Source: Selaginella moellendorffii (taxonomy: Eukaryota > Plantae > Lycopodiophyta). Taken from it: a stretch of 64,000 nucleotides of DNA. The stretch covers positions 186,001 to 250,000 of the forward strand of contig NW_003314388.1 in assembly GCF_000143415.4 (NCBI RefSeq), given 5' to 3'. Under the pieces are notes generated by a model. That model had not been told where the DNA came from. It worked only from the letters and a program-made list of their open reading frames with translations, and ran no database searches. Position 1 is the stretch's first letter. Each line of letters starts with the position of its first letter. The translations under genes were made by a program, and so were the position numbers. Below, in pieces: positions 63,079 to 64,000 of the stretch.

Positions 63079-63262
63079 TTTACTCCCTGAAGTTTTGAAG
63101 AAAAGCCAAATGGAACCACTACTTTGAAACTTTCTTGAGTGAAGTCCATGTAGACTGAAAGCTATGGTTCTCCAGAGAGTTGAACTTTGGAAGAAAGTGT
63201 GGAGCCAACGATTCCCTTTCTCCTGAGCAATAATGCAGCATCTCTTGTCGTGACAAAAAGCT

Positions 63263-64000
63263 ATGGCTTCTCTGGCGCTCCAGCAAGTGTGTCTTGTGAT
63301 CTCCATTGCAGCCTTCGTAGTTTTCTTGATTGCGAGCACTCACGATGATACGTTCTTCGCCACCTCGTACTCCAAAGACAGCACAATGGTAACGACTATT
63401 CACTGAAATGCGAGTGGAACTCTCGAGTAACTTGGCTTTCCTTGGCAGCAGCAAGGCATGGCGATCACGCCTGGAAACCATCGCGACGCCGTGCTAGCAA
63501 GCGCGAGCGACGGAGGTAAAAATGTGATCTTGGCGAGCTTGAACAAGGCATGGGCGGAAGAAGGGGCGCTCCTTGATATCTTCCTTGGAGGCTTTAGATC
63601 CGGGAACAAGACCGCTGAATTGCTCGAGAATCTGGTCCTCGTGAGCCTCGACGAGGTTGCTCACCAGCGCTGCCTCGCGATCCACAAGCATTGCCTCCTC
63701 CTCGAGACCAGCGGCGTGGATTTCTCGTCGCGGGAGGCCCTGTTTATGTCGCGGGATTTCGTCTGGATGATGAAGCGCAGAGTGGAGTTCCTCGGGGAAG
63801 TTCTCGAGCTGGGATATAATTTCATCTTCACGGCAAGATCTGGCACTTTTCCTCGATGATCTTTTGAGAAGAAATTCCTTGCAGGACTTGGACGTTCTTT
63901 GGCTCCGCAATCCTTGGAACCATCTCAATCGCGGCGCTGCCGACATCGCAGTCTCGTGCGACGTATTCCATCGAGGCAATGCGAGCAGGAGCAAAGCAAA
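63263..64000 (+). CDS. Nucleotide-diphospho-sugar transferase (GT77-related) type II membrane protein; runs off window end
   Basis: Exon 1 63263-63388 signal anchor MASLALQQVCLVISIAAFVVFLIAS; exon 2 ~63449-63832 VILASLNKAWAE..LLDIFL...MMKRRVEFLGEVLELGYNFIFT; exon 3 from 63885 DLDVLWLRNP (DxD motif). Confidence 0.88.

Overview
Eukaryotic, land-plant nuclear DNA. Very short introns (about 50-150 nt), compact intergenic spacing and GC-rich single-exon PLS-PPR genes point to a lycophyte such as Selaginella; this is an inference, not confirmed. The left gene block (1-9 kb) holds a class-B auxin response factor on the minus strand, a small conserved membrane-protein gene and a degraded Crinkler/RHS-type NTPase-REase effector pseudogene. 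The centre (about 9-40 kb) is an AT-rich transposon island. It contains a foldback element split by an old Gypsy, which is itself split by a young intact chromovirus (Tf1/sushi/Tcn1-like) showing self-priming and a GGGAAAC -1 frameshift signal. A second, decayed copy of that chromovirus carries a 196-bp solo LTR with 5S-rRNA internal-promoter sequence (Cassandra-like). The right gene block (40-64 kb) holds a MYB98/64/119 (FGMYB-type) R2R3-MYB with hints of a spliced antisense transcript, a DYW-PPR, and two convergent tetraspanins. The tetraspanins enclose a mosaic of gene fragments (inverted ARF pseudogene, SAC3B fragments, a PPR). A C2H2-EAR zinc finger, a reticulon, tRNA-Glu(CTC) and a GT77-type transferase follow.
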